From: an uncultured Actinomycetes bacterium
GTDB lineage: Bacteria > Actinomycetota > UBA4738 > HRBIN12
Reading direction: 5' to 3'
DNA: 64,000 bases
Assembly (NCBI GenBank): GCA_963704725.1
Contig: OY969934.1
Span: 832,001 to 896,000, forward strand
Both the position numbers and the translations under genes were made by a program. The notes under the pieces are model-generated. The model had not been told where the DNA came from. It ran no database searches and saw only the letters and a list, made by a program, of their open reading frames with translations. How positions within the stretch are numbered: position 1 is the stretch's first letter; each line of letters starts with the position of its first letter. Shown piece by piece: positions 1 to 9,747 of the stretch.

Positions 1-287
1 GGCTGGAGCTCGCGCTGGGACAACGTCGTGATGTCCCTGCCGTCGAGCGCCACGCGCCCGGACACGGCCGGCACGAGCCGCAGGATCGTCTGCGCCGTCG
101 TTGTCTTCCCGCAGCCGGACTCGCCGACCAGCGCGAGCATCTCCCCCTTGCGGAGCGAGAACGATACGCCGTCGACGGCGTGGACGACCCGTCGAGGCCG
201 GCGAAGCAACGCCGCAACGATCCCGCGCCGTACGGGGTAGGTGGCGACGAGGTCGTCGACCTCCAACAGGGGCCGACCCTCGCTCAT
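1..287 (-). CDS. Oligopeptide/dipeptide ABC transporter ATP-binding subunit (OppF/DppF-like), runs off window start
   Basis: Minus-strand translation from ATG at 287: MSEGRPLLEVDDLVATYPVRRG...VHAVDGVSFSLRKGEMLALVGESGCGKTTTAQ (Walker A). ATGA overlap with the upstream ATPase stop. Confidence 0.9.
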   Translation of the reverse strand, partial: MSEGRPLLEVDDLVATYPVRRGIVAALLRRPRRVVHAVDGVSFSLRKGEMLALVGESGCGKTTTAQTILRLVPAVSGRVALDGRDITTLSQRELQ

Positions 288-1264
288 GGGGTGGGACTCC
301 CCGCTGTGGCTCTCGAGTCGTTCAGGTGGCAGGCGGCCGCGTGTCCGGTCTGCACGGGGATCAGCTCGGGCCGTTCCGAGAGGCACCGATCGAAGGCGCG
401 GTCGCAGCGCGGCTGGAAGGGGCATCCCACGATGCCGCGGTCGAGCCGTGGTGGCGCGCCCGAGATCGACAGGACCTCGTCCTCGCCGTAGAGGTCGGGC
501 GTGGCGGCGAACAGCATCCGCGTGTACGGGTGCCGCGGCACGTGGAAGAGGTCGTCGATCGGGCCGGCCTCGACGATCTCGCCCGCGTACATGACGGCCG
601 CACGCTCGCAGACCTGCGCGACCACGGGCAGGTCGTGCGTGACCAGCACGAGGGCCAGGTTCATCTCGCCGGCCAGGCCGGCGAGCAGCTCGAGGATCTG
701 CGCCTGAACCATCACGTCGAGGGCCGTCGTGGGCTCGTCGGCGAGCAGGACCTTCGGCCGGCAGCTGAGCGCCATCGCGAGGGCGGCTCGCTGGCGCATC
801 CCTCCGGAGAACTCGTGTGGATACCGCGCGCCGGAGGCCGCCGAGATCCCCACCATCTCCAGGAGCTCCCCGGCGGCTCGGCTGGCCTCCGCGCCCTCCG
901 CCACGCCGTGGAACTCCATCGGCTCCACGATCTGGGCCTCAACGGTCTTGACGGGGTTCAGCGCGTTCATAGCCCCCTGGAAGACCATCGCGATGTCCTT
1001 CCAGCGGTGGGGCTGCACGCTCGGCTCGCCGCCGGCCAGGATGTTCTCGCCCTCGAACAGGATCTCCCCGGCGACGGAGGCCGAGGGCGGGAGCAGCCCC
1101 ATGAGGGCCAGGATCGTCGTGGTCTTGCCGCAGCCGGACTCGCCGACGAGACCCATGCGGTCCCCGCCGTTGAGGTCGAAGCCGACCCCCTGAACGGCGT
1201 GGAGCTCCTGTCCGTGACCGAGGTCGAACCAGACGTGGAGGTCCCGGACCTGCAGGAGGGTCAT
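284..1264 (-). CDS. Oligopeptide ABC transporter ATP-binding subunit (OppD/DppD-like)
   Basis: MTLLQVRDLHVWF, Walker A GESGCGKT, signature FSGGMRQR, Walker B LLADEPTT, C-terminal HPYT and Cys motif (CPFQPRC...C...AACH). Confidence 0.95.
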   Translation of the reverse strand: MTLLQVRDLHVWFDLGHGQELHAVQGVGFDLNGGDRMGLVGESGCGKTTTILALMGLLPPSASVAGEILFEGENILAGGEPSVQPHRWKDIAMVFQGAMNALNPVKTVEAQIVEPMEFHGVAEGAEASRAAGELLEMVGISAASGARYPHEFSGGMRQRAALAMALSCRPKVLLADEPTTALDVMVQAQILELLAGLAGEMNLALVLVTHDLPVVAQVCERAAVMYAGEIVEAGPIDDLFHVPRHPYTRMLFAATPDLYGEDEVLSISGAPPRLDRGIVGCPFQPRCDRAFDRCLSERPELIPVQTGHAAACHLNDSRATAGSPTP

Positions 1265-2223
1265 CGGGGATCGGCCTCTCGCGGCGGGAGCGGACGGATC
1301 CGGAACGCCCGAGGGGAGAGGTAGGAGACCTTCAACCGCGGGTTGAGCGCGTCCTCGATCGCCTGGCCGAGCCAGTAGCAGCCCATGATGACCAGGGCGA
1401 CGCAGAGCCCGGCCGGGATGATGGCCCACCACGCGCCGGAGGAGATCGCGGTTCGCAGGAACGCGAACTCGATGATGGTGCCCCAGGTGACCTTGCTGTG
1501 ATCGCCGAGTCCCAGGAACGACAGGGCGGTCTCGTCGAAGATCGCGATCGCGACGGTGAGCACGGTGTTCGCGATCAACAACGGGGCGATCTGGGGCAGC
1601 ACGTGCCGGAAGACGATCCTCGCGTCTCCCGCCCCGATCGAGCGCGCGCGTTTGACGTAGACGCGCTCGCGCACGCTCTTGACCTGCGCGCGGATGATCC
1701 GCGCGGTCGTCGTCCAGAGCAGCAGCGCGATCACGAAGATCAGGTGGGTGAGGCTCGCGCCCCACACCGCCGCCACGACGATCGCGAGCGGCAGGTCGGG
1801 GATCACCAGGAAGTAGTCCGTGATCCGCATGAGAACGGTGTCGACCCAGCCGCCGAAGTAGCCGGCCAGGATGCCGATCCCGCCGCCGATGATCATCGCG
1901 ACGAACGTGGCGGCGAATCCGACGATGAGGGACACCCGTCCCCCATGGATCAGCAACGAGAGCATGTCGATCCCGCCGTCATCCAGACCGAGGGGATGCC
2001 TCAAGGATGGAGGACCGTACACGGGCCCGACCCGCGTGTGGATGTCGTAGGGCGCGATCCAGGGAGCCAGGACCGCGACGAGGGCGAAGAACCCCAGGAC
2101 GCCGAGGCCGATCTTCGCCTGCCGGCTTTCGGCGATCACCTGGATGAGCCAGTTCCGGCGTTGGTGCGAGATCGACACGGTGGCGGCCGCGCGCTCCTCG
2201 GTCATGTCGGGGCGGACGGCCAT
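1261..2223 (-). CDS. Oligopeptide ABC transporter permease (OppC/DppC-like)
   Basis: HPLGLDDGGID, RVSLIVG, EAA-loop equivalent YVKRARSIGAGDARIVFRHVLP, LSFLGLG. Start taken at MAVRPD. Confidence 0.93.
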   Translation of the reverse strand: MAVRPDMTEERAAATVSISHQRRNWLIQVIAESRQAKIGLGVLGFFALVAVLAPWIAPYDIHTRVGPVYGPPSLRHPLGLDDGGIDMLSLLIHGGRVSLIVGFAATFVAMIIGGGIGILAGYFGGWVDTVLMRITDYFLVIPDLPLAIVVAAVWGASLTHLIFVIALLLWTTTARIIRAQVKSVRERVYVKRARSIGAGDARIVFRHVLPQIAPLLIANTVLTVAIAIFDETALSFLGLGDHSKVTWGTIIEFAFLRTAISSGAWWAIIPAGLCVALVIMGCYWLGQAIEDALNPRLKVSYLSPRAFRIRPLPPREADPR

Positions 2224-2225
2224 CG

Positions 2226-3188
2226 CTACTCCGTGATCCTCGGGTCGAGCCTGAAGTACAGGAGGTCGGCGAGGAAGTTGCAGACCACGACCGTCACGGT
2301 GAGCACGAGGAAGGCTCCCTGGAGCATCGGGTAGTCGCGTTCCGTGACGGCCTGGTACACGGCGTTGCCGATGCCGGGCCACGAGAAGACGGTCTCGATG
2401 AGGATCGCGCCGGCCACGATGTAGCCGAGCGACAGCGCGATGAGCGTCGTCGTCGGCAGCATCGCGTTGCGAAGGGCGTGCCGCCGCACGATCGTGCGCT
2501 GGGGCAGCCCCTTCGCCCGGGCGGTGAGCACGTAGTCCTCGCCGAGCGTCTCGAGCATGGCGGAGCGGACGATCAGCGTGTACTCGCCATACAGCGTGAG
2601 TGCGAACGTGAGCGAGGGCAGGGTCATGTGGAGCAGGACGTCCTTGACGTGCTCCCAGGGGGTCGGGTCGAGGAGGAAGTCGTTCTGCATCCCGTGGCTC
2701 GGCAGGACGGTGGAGAGGTAGATCAGGAGCACCAGAGCCAACCACTGCGTCGGGAACGCGTAGAACGCGATCGCGGTGTTCGTGCTGACCTGGTCGAGCT
2801 TCGTCCCGCGACGCCAGGCCGACAGGACGCCCGTGAAGGTCCCGATCGCGATCGCGACGACCGTGCCGAGGGCGGCCATCGGGATCGTGTTCGCGAGGTC
2901 GGTGCGCAGGTTGTCCCAGACCGGCTGCTGGTTCGTGTAGGACACACCCATGTTGCCGCCCGCCAGTTGCCGGAGGTAGATCACGTACTGCTCCCACTTG
3001 GGCTTGTCGAGCCCGAATTGCTGCTCGAGCGAGTGACGAAGAGCCGCGGTCGCGTGCGGCACCCGCGCCATGCTGCTGACCGCGCTCCCCGGAAGTACCC
3101 GGAACAGGAAGAAGTTGAGCGTGATGGCGACGAAGATCGTCGCGACGGCGAACAACGACCGCTTGATGACGTAGTCGGCCCTGCGCAC
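2226..3188 (-). CDS. Oligopeptide ABC transporter permease (OppB/DppB-like)
   Basis: FGLDKP..QY, EDYVLTARAKGL...RHALRNA, ETVFSWPGIG, RDYP. GTG start estimated. Confidence 0.93.
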   Translation of the reverse strand: MRRADYVIKRSLFAVATIFVAITLNFFLFRVLPGSAVSSMARVPHATAALRHSLEQQFGLDKPKWEQYVIYLRQLAGGNMGVSYTNQQPVWDNLRTDLANTIPMAALGTVVAIAIGTFTGVLSAWRRGTKLDQVSTNTAIAFYAFPTQWLALVLLIYLSTVLPSHGMQNDFLLDPTPWEHVKDVLLHMTLPSLTFALTLYGEYTLIVRSAMLETLGEDYVLTARAKGLPQRTIVRRHALRNAMLPTTTLIALSLGYIVAGAILIETVFSWPGIGNAVYQAVTERDYPMLQGAFLVLTVTVVVCNFLADLLYFRLDPRITE

Positions 3189-3331
3189 CGCGCCGTCTCC
3201 CCGCTGGCCTGCGTCGAGCTCTGCGTCCCGGAACCCTGGGCCGGACCGCCGAGGGAATCCTCCCTTCCACGACGGGGCGCGGCAAGTCTTCGAACTCAGA
3301 CGGTGGGCGACGGGGCCGTAGCATCCGATCC

Positions 3332-4435
3332 ATGAGCCTCGAGGACCGGCTTCAAGCGCTCGTCGCCGCCGACCTGGCCGCGTGGCCCACGATGCCCGCA
3401 CGACTGCTGCATGTGCTCGCACCCGGCCTCGAGGTGGACGTCGAGGTGGCGGCCGGGGTGGCAGACCTCGCGACCGGCGAGTCGCTTCGGCCCGGGTCTC
3501 GGTGCCGCATCGCGAGCGTGACGAAGTCGTTCGTCGCCGCGGCCGCACTCCGGCTGGTCGAGGACGGACGCTTCTCGCTCGACAGCACGGTCGCGACCCT
3601 TCTTGCGGGCGAGTACGACGAGCTGCTGCGCTCGGGCGGCTACGCCACCGAGACGATCACGCTCCGGCACCTGCTCACGCACACGAGCGGCATCTACGAC
3701 TTCGCGGCCGACGCGTACGACGCGAACATCGTCGACGGCTTCGAGGCCCACGTGGAGCGTGACCCCCGGCGCCGCTGGACGCGGTTCGAGCAGATCGAGT
3801 TCGCGGTCTCCCACGGGCACCCGTACGCTCCGCCCGGCACCGTGTTCGGCTACTCGGACACCGGGGCGTGCCTCGTCGGGGAGATCCTCGAACGGGTGAC
3901 CGGCACGACGATGGGCGCGGCGATCCGCGAGCTGGCCGGCTACGAGCGGCTCGGGCTCGCGCACACGTGGCAGGAGTCGATCGAGCCGGAGCCGCGTGAC
4001 CTGCCGCCGCTCTCGCATCAGTACGAGGGCGAGATCGACGTCGCCGACATGGACGCCTCCGTCGATCTCTACGGCGGAGGCGGGCTGATGTCGACCTGCC
4101 GCGACCTCGCCCGGTTCTTCCGGGCGCTCCTTCGTGGTGAGATCTTTCGCGATCCGACGACGCTCACCACGATGACGACGACGCTCGAGGGCATCCCGCT
4201 CACCGAGGAGGCGGGCTGGCCCGAGGATCCCTCGACCCAGGGGATGTTCCTGTACCGGCGCGAGATCGTGGGCGAGACCTGGTGGGGTCACGACGGCTAC
4301 TGGGGGACGACTGCGTTCACCTGCCCGGCGCGCGACGTGACGATCGTGGCGGGACACCAGCGCTCGAACATGCCCGAGGCCTTCGACCGCCTGGAGATCG
4401 TCGCTGAGGCCTTCGCGGCGCTCGGGGTCGCCTAG
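3332..4435 (+). CDS. Serine hydrolase, beta-lactamase/D-alanyl-D-alanine carboxypeptidase family
   Basis: SxxK (IASVTK), LLTHTSG, YSD (YxN-like), WGHDG. Confidence 0.9.
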   Translation: MSLEDRLQALVAADLAAWPTMPARLLHVLAPGLEVDVEVAAGVADLATGESLRPGSRCRIASVTKSFVAAAALRLVEDGRFSLDSTVATLLAGEYDELLRSGGYATETITLRHLLTHTSGIYDFAADAYDANIVDGFEAHVERDPRRRWTRFEQIEFAVSHGHPYAPPGTVFGYSDTGACLVGEILERVTGTTMGAAIRELAGYERLGLAHTWQESIEPEPRDLPPLSHQYEGEIDVADMDASVDLYGGGGLMSTCRDLARFFRALLRGEIFRDPTTLTTMTTTLEGIPLTEEAGWPEDPSTQGMFLYRREIVGETWWGHDGYWGTTAFTCPARDVTIVAGHQRSNMPEAFDRLEIVAEAFAALGVA

Positions 4436-4545
4436 CTGTGCGTTGTGCCTTGTTGGTCCGATCTTGGAGGCGACTGGCCAGGCCCCGGATCGGAGGTGGA
4501 ACGTGGGTCGATCCGTGCCGCTCCCGGGCAGCGTAGCCTTCGCAC

Positions 4546-5133
4546 ATGGTGGACCTTCGCACGGCCACGCTGGAGGATCTTGCAGTCATCGTCGACACGG
4601 CGGCTCGCTCGCTCGATGCCGAGGCCATGCTCCGCTGGTCGTTCGGCGAGGAGCGGTTCGAGGAGAGGATCCGGCGGCACTTCACGCACTACGACGGTGA
4701 GAACGCGCGGCGAGGCTGGATCCGACTCGCCGCCGACGGAATGGGGATGGCGGTGTGGATCCCCCCGGATGCCCGCGAGGAGCACGAGGCGATCGGGCCG
4801 GCCCCACCGGGCGCCGAGAACGAGATCCTCGGCGATCACGCCGACCACCATGCCGCGTTCTGGGGATGGATCGAGGAGCATCAGCCGGAGGAGCCTTTGA
4901 GCTACCTGAGCCACATCTGTGTGGCACCCGAGCGGCAAGGTGAGGGTCTCGGGAGCGCGCTGATGCATGAGGGCCTGGCACGCGCCGACCGCGAAGGGGT
5001 CCCCATCTGGCTGGAGACGTCCAAGGCCACGAACGCGGCCTACTACGAAGGCTTCGGATTCCGCACCGTGGTCGACGAGGACACCCCCGGCGGCGGCCCA
5101 CACATCTGGTTCATGCGCCGCGATCCGAAGTGA
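4546..5133 (+). CDS. GNAT family N-acetyltransferase
   Basis: Acetyl-CoA motif VAPERQGEGLGSALM, LETS..N..YYEGFGF. Confidence 0.9.
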   Translation: MVDLRTATLEDLAVIVDTAARSLDAEAMLRWSFGEERFEERIRRHFTHYDGENARRGWIRLAADGMGMAVWIPPDAREEHEAIGPAPPGAENEILGDHADHHAAFWGWIEEHQPEEPLSYLSHICVAPERQGEGLGSALMHEGLARADREGVPIWLETSKATNAAYYEGFGFRTVVDEDTPGGGPHIWFMRRDPK

Positions 5134-5345
5134 GCCCCATCTGCGGTCGTTCCACGGCATCCTCCGGGCGAATGGGCAAAGGTCGAAGGTTGGAGAGCGC
5201 CCGCGCTGACCGGGTCGGCGGGTCCAGGGGGATCAAGTCCTCGAGCTCATTCGGTCCGTTGAGCGATCGTGCCAGCGGTGGTCCGCCGGACGTTTACGTC
5301 AAGGTACAGCTTGCTAGAACGCTCCCGAGGGGTTACGCTGAGGAT

Positions 5346-5582
5346 GTGCCTCGACCTCGACGGGACCTGACGACGGCCGAGAGGCGGCACCTGCACTCGC
5401 TCGAGGGCCGCATGGCGCGGCTTGAAGCCGAGCTGCAGGCCACGCGCCTCGAGTGGGCCGAACTGGTCAAGGAAGCAGGCCAGGCGACCGTGGCGCGAGA
5501 GCTCAGCGTGTCCCGCCAGGCAGTCGCGGATCGCCTGCGCCGGATCCGAGCGAACCACGAGAGGCGGAGCGGGCAACGGTGA
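5346..5582 (+). CDS. Small helix-turn-helix DNA-binding protein
   Basis: GTG start after GAGGA. Coiled-coil followed by HTH-like QATVARELSVSRQAVADRL. Confidence 0.6.
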   Translation: MPRPRRDLTTAERRHLHSLEGRMARLEAELQATRLEWAELVKEAGQATVARELSVSRQAVADRLRRIRANHERRSGQR

Positions 5583-5584
5583 AA

Positions 5585-5627
5585 GCGCAAGGGAAACCTT
5601 GCGCGTTGCTGCAGCCGGGTGTATCGT
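5585..5627 (+). promoter_or_regulatory. Putative sigma70-type promoter overlapped by a perfect palindrome
   Basis: TTGCGC (5599-5604)-N17-TATCGT (5622-5627). Inverted repeat GCGCAAGG-GAAA-CCTTGCGC at 5585-5604. Confidence 0.4.
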
Positions 5628-5633
5628 GTGGTT

Positions 5634-5855
5634 GGGAACTGGAGCGGCGCGAGTCGGTACAGCATCAGCGGTCAGAGCCCACTTACGGGCATACGTCAGC
5701 ACCAAAGAGCTGCCGCCGGCCCAGAACCCCGCGAAGTCCCCGGACGGGGAGCGCGACATAGTGTGGCCGGTCGGAAGGCCGGCCGAAGAGGTCGGTGTCT
5801 TCAGAAACGATGACCTCTGAGGGGGCGGCCCCGAAGGACCGCCCTCCCCTTTTCT
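5634..5855 (+). ncRNA. Candidate structured non-coding RNA of unknown family
   Basis: Consecutive hairpins: GCCC/GGGC 5677-5690, TCCCC-GGAC-GGGGA 5737-5750, TGGCCGGTC-GGAA-GGCCGGCCG 5764-5785, AGAGGTC/GACCTCT 5787-5818. Ends in a hairpin plus TTTT. No credible ORF. Confidence 0.4.
5821..5853 (+). terminator. Putative intrinsic terminator
   Basis: GGGGGCGGcCC-CGAA-GGaCCGCCCTC stem followed by CCCTTTT. Confidence 0.5.
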
Positions 5856-5943
5856 CTCGGAGCGCGGGGACATGTCTTCTGCGGATGCCTTGCCTGGCGG
5901 TCTCCGGAGGGGTCCGGCCAGGCCCTGGCAGACGCAGCCACGT

Positions 5944-6141
5944 TCAGCCGGCTCTGACCCTGGGCGGCTCGGCGGCGAGGTTCGCGTAGGCCTCGGCGAG
6001 GTGAAGGACGATCTGCGCGTCCGCGTCCTTCTCGACGCTCGGAGCGAGCTTCCCGATCCTCTCGGCGATGGCCTGACGAGCCTTCGCCGCCTTCTGCGCT
6101 GCGCCGACCTGCAGGTCGGTCTTCTCCACCATGCTGTTCAC
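5944..6141 (-). CDS. Small hypothetical helical protein
   Basis: 65-aa ORF with GGAGG RBS next to the start and GC3-rich codons. Confidence 0.55.
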   Translation of the reverse strand: MNSMVEKTDLQVGAAQKAAKARQAIAERIGKLAPSVEKDADAQIVLHLAEAYANLAAEPPRVRAG

Positions 6142-6349
6142 CTCCCGGCCGATACTAGGCCCAAGACGCGACGAGCCTGCCTCCGCCCGCGGGGACTGGT
6201 GTCAGTCGAGTGACCGAACCGCGGCCCCGAAACGGAGGCGGTGACACGCTCATACGGCAGGTTCGCTGGTGCCTCATTGCTGGGAGGCCCTTGAAGGATG
6301 TAGTCAGTGGAGCAAGGCAGGACTAACCGCGGAGTTCGGGAGGTGAACC

Positions 6350-6820
6350 GTGCCGGCGAAGAAGGCCACGGCGAAGAAGGCCACGGCGAAGAAGGCCACG
6401 GCGAAGAAGGCCACGGCGAAGAAGGCCACGGCGAAGAAGGCCACGGCGAAGAAGGCCACGGCGAAGAAGGCCACGGCGAAGAAGGCCACGGCGAAGAAGG
6501 CCACGGCGAAGAAGGCCACTCCTCGAGGCTCGTCTCGGAGTGCGCCTCAGCGAAGGACGACACCTGCGCGTCGGGCTGCATCGCCGTCCGGGCGCGCAGC
6601 GATGCCGGCCAGTCGCGGGCCCGCGCCGGCAATGGCGGGCGATGTCATCATCATCGACTCTGTTCAGGTCGGGTCCACGGCACGTACGGGTGAAGTCGTG
6701 GAGGTCGTCCATGGTGCGGCAGGCGACAGCTACTGGGTCCGGTGGACGGATGGGCATCAGAGCCTGATCTCACCGAAGGGCGGCACCGCCCGCATCGTCC
6801 GGGCATCGGATAGGGCCTGA
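6350..6820 (+). CDS. Histone H1-like KKATA-repeat protein fused to DUF1918-like domain
   Basis: 11 x AKKAT, then [23 protein letters not shown]...[15 protein letters not shown] (DUF1918-like). GGAGG RBS upstream. Confidence 0.75.
   Translation: MPAKKATAKKATAKKATAKKATAKKATAKKATAKKATAKKATAKKATAKKATAKKATPRGSSRSAPQRRTTPARRAASPSGRAAMPASRGPAPAMAGDVIIIDSVQVGSTARTGEVVEVVHGAAGDSYWVRWTDGHQSLISPKGGTARIVRASDRA
6356..6520 (+). repeat. 15-bp tandem repeat GCGAAGAAGGCCACG x11
   Basis: Directly visible: 10 perfect copies, last ends in T. Encodes AKKAT. Confidence 0.98.
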
Positions 6821-7246
6821 GTCGCGCGGTCCTCGTCTTGTCGACACGTGGCGAGCCGCAGTTCCGGTGAACCTCTCATGTTCCTCGCCCGCTCGCGCTA
6901 GGGGCGAGTCTCTGGCCCGTCGGTACGGGTCACGCCGGGCACATGGAGATTCGTCGACGCGGGGACGTAAGTCCTGGCAGTCTCCTTACGCGTAGGTCGC
7001 CGAGATCTCGTGAAGCACCTCTGGCGCGAAGCGGTCGGGAGCACGGCGTAGTGCAGCGGTCTGGGCAACCGCTGTAGACGAATCACGAGCGATCTGACCC
7101 GTGGTGCTCTTACAGTATTCCGCGTGGCCGGCGTAGACACCGTTCGCGGTCTGATGAAGGATTCGCAGACTTCGACGATCGCCACCGAGCAGCGGATCAG
7201 CCGCCCTGCGCTTCGCCGGTGCGGCCCGCTTGGCTCCACCCTTAGG

Positions 7247-7627
7247 TCAATCCGGCCCTTCGACGTTGATCGTGGACTCCCCGCGACCGGCGCGGACTCC
7301 GACCAGATCGGCGGGCTCCGTGGCGGGATTGCTCTCTCGGTGCACCACGCCCTTCGGCACGTAGACAAAGTCGCCTGGACCGGCCTCAACGGTATTCGAG
7401 CCACCCGGACCGAACTCCATGTGCAGCGCACCGGCCAGGACGTAGATCATGGTCTCGTACTCGCCGTGATGGTGCCAGCCCGACACCATGCCGGCCACAG
7501 TGCGAACCAACCCGGCCCACAGTTCGTCCGTAGCGAAGGCCTGCTGCCGATCCATCCCCGGCGTTGGCGGCCCCTTTGTCCTTTCGTCCGGACGAACGAC
7601 CCGGATCTGGGCTTGCCTCAAGTCCAT
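7247..7627 (-). CDS. Cupin domain protein
   Basis: SGWHHHGEYET...GPGDFVYVPKGVVHRESN cupin motifs 1 and 2. Confidence 0.88.
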   Translation of the reverse strand: MDLRQAQIRVVRPDERTKGPPTPGMDRQQAFATDELWAGLVRTVAGMVSGWHHHGEYETMIYVLAGALHMEFGPGGSNTVEAGPGDFVYVPKGVVHRESNPATEPADLVGVRAGRGESTINVEGPD

Positions 7628-7833
7628 GCGGACCTCCCCTCGGGTGCCGAACTCACATTTGACTCTCCCTCCGGGCGGCGGTTCGCGCAACCGTCCCTCA
7701 AGCCCATCCGCCACCGGTCGCGGCCCGCGCGGCTTGATGCCCTATTGGCCTGCTCCCCCTGAACGAATCCACCTGATATGAGAGTCACGACCGCCCCGCA
7801 GGGGCAGGAGGTGACTCTTGAAGGGACGACGTC

Positions 7834-8476
7834 TGAACCGCCCTGGGTTCCGTAGAGACCTTCAGGCTTGGATTCGCTCCTCGATCTCCGAAGCGTAGAA
7901 CACCTCCTCGAACTCCGCCGGCGGGACGTGGCCGATCTCTCCGTGCAGCCTTCGGAAGTTGAACCAGTCGATGTACTCAAGCGTGGCGATCTCGACCTGA
8001 TCGGGGCTCGGCCAGGGCCCACGGCGGCGGATCAGCTCGGTCTTGTAGAGCCCGATCGCCGACTCGGCCATGGCGTTGTCGAAGGAGTCGCCCACGGAGC
8101 CGACCGAGGGGACGATGCCGTGCTCTGCCAGGCGCTCGGAGTAGGCCACCGATACGTATTGACCTCCGGCGTCGGAGTGATGAACGAGACCCTCGACGGA
8201 GACCCCTCGACGCCACACCGCCATCTCGAGCGCCTCGGTGGCGAGTGAGGTCCGAAGGTGCGTGGCGATCGACCAGCCGACGATCATGCGGGAGAAGACG
8301 TCCTGCACGAACGCCACGTAGCAGAACCCGGACCAGGTACGGACGTAGGTGATGTCCGCGAGCCACAGCGCGTTGGGCCGAGCTGCCGTGAAGTCCCGCT
8401 CCACGAGATCCGGCGGTCGGGCTGCCTTCTCGTCGCGACGGGTGGTGAACGTCTTCTTCCCTCGCCGGACTCCGTC
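7834..8476 (-). mobile_element. Truncated inverted copy of the IS3-family element (3' half of orfB plus right IR)
   Basis: Begins TGAACCGCCCTGGG at 7834. Encodes the DDE region (WLADITY, HHSDAG, DNAMAES), highly similar but not identical to 9134-9775. Abuts the left IR of the full copy. Confidence 0.92.
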
Positions 8477-8530
8477 TGAACCGCCCTGGGTTTGATGGAG
8501 ACTCCGAACCTTGGAAACGGAGGAGGATCC

Positions 8531-8863
8531 ATGGCCCAGCAGAAGCACCCGTCGTCCAGGCGGTACCCGCCTGAGGTGAAGGATCGAGCGGTCCAGCTCG
8601 TCCTCACCACGATGCAGCAAAGCGGTGAGCGTCACGGCGTCGTCACGCGGATCGCCCGCAAGCTCGACATCGGCCCGGAGACGCTCCGCAACTGGGTCCG
8701 CCAGGCCGAGATCGACAACGGGACGCGACCAGGCCTCAGCACCGACGAGCGTGCCCGGATCGCCGAGCTCGAGAAGGAGAACCGCGAGCTCCGCCGCGCC
8801 AACCAGATCCTGAAGGAGGCGAGCGTGTTTTTCGCCCAGGAGCTCGATCGGCCCCGGAGATGA
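8531..8863 (+). CDS. IS3-family transposase OrfA
   Basis: SSRRYPPEVKDRAV...ETLRNWVRQAEID...ENRELRRANQILKEASVFFAQELDRP, closely resembling IS6110 OrfA. Confidence 0.93.
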   Translation: MAQQKHPSSRRYPPEVKDRAVQLVLTTMQQSGERHGVVTRIARKLDIGPETLRNWVRQAEIDNGTRPGLSTDERARIAELEKENRELRRANQILKEASVFFAQELDRPRR

Positions 8864-9747
8864 CCCGCTTCATCGAGACCAGGCGGGATCGTTTCGAGGT
8901 CGAGCTCCTGTGCCGGACCCTGGGGGCATCGCCGTCGACCTACTACGCCCGCAGAAGCCGTCCCCCGTCGGCGAGAGCGATCACCGACGCCTGGCTGCAC
9001 GAGGAGATCGAACGGGTCTTCAAGGCCAACTACTCGGTCTACGGCGCCAGGAAGGTGTGGCACCAGCTGCACCGCGAAGGCATCGCGATCGGGCGCGACC
9101 GGGTGGCCCGCCTGATGCGCCAGGCTGGCCTGCACGGAGTCCGGCGAGGGAAGAAGACGTTCACCACCCGTCGCGACGAGAAGGCAGCCCGACCGCCGGA
9201 TCTCGTGGAGCGGGACTTCACGGCAGCTCGGCCCAACGCGCTGTGGCTCGCGGACATCACGTACGTCCGTACCTGGTCCGGGTTCTGCTACGTCGCCTTC
9301 GTCGAGGACGTCTTCTCCCGCATGATCGTTGGCTGGTCGATCGCCACGCACCTTCGGACCTCGCTCGCCACCGAGGCGCTCGAGATGGCCGTGTGGCGTC
9401 GAGGCGTGAGCGTGCAGGGGCTCATCCATCACAGCGATGCCGGCGGTCAATACACGTCCGTGGCCTACTCCGAACGGCTCGCCTCCCACGGGATCGCCCC
9501 CTCCGTCGGCTCCGTCGGAGACTCGTTTGACAACGCCATGGCCGAGTCGGCGATCGGCCTCTACAAGACCGAGCTGATCCGCCGCCGGGGGCCCTGGCCG
9601 AGCCCCGATCAGGTGGAGATCGCCACGCTCGAGTACATCGACTGGTTCAACTTCCGCAGGCTGCACGGCGAGATCGGCCACGTTCCGCCGGCGGAGTTTG
9701 AGGAGGTGTTCTACGCTTCGGAGATCGAGGAGCAAATCCAAGCCTGA
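8860..9747 (+). CDS. IS3-family transposase OrfB (rve integrase core)
   Basis: YGARKVW, WLADITY, HHSDAGGQY, DNAMAES..GLYKTE. ATGA overlap with orfA. Confidence 0.95.
   Translation: MTRFIETRRDRFEVELLCRTLGASPSTYYARRSRPPSARAITDAWLHEEIERVFKANYSVYGARKVWHQLHREGIAIGRDRVARLMRQAGLHGVRRGKKTFTTRRDEKAARPPDLVERDFTAARPNALWLADITYVRTWSGFCYVAFVEDVFSRMIVGWSIATHLRTSLATEALEMAVWRRGVSVQGLIHHSDAGGQYTSVAYSERLASHGIAPSVGSVGDSFDNAMAESAIGLYKTELIRRRGPWPSPDQVEIATLEYIDWFNFRRLHGEIGHVPPAEFEEVFYASEIEEQIQA

Noticed and set aside
6356-6520. Tandem repeat as a possible CRISPR array
   Set aside because: 15-bp units with no spacers; it is an in-frame coding repeat.
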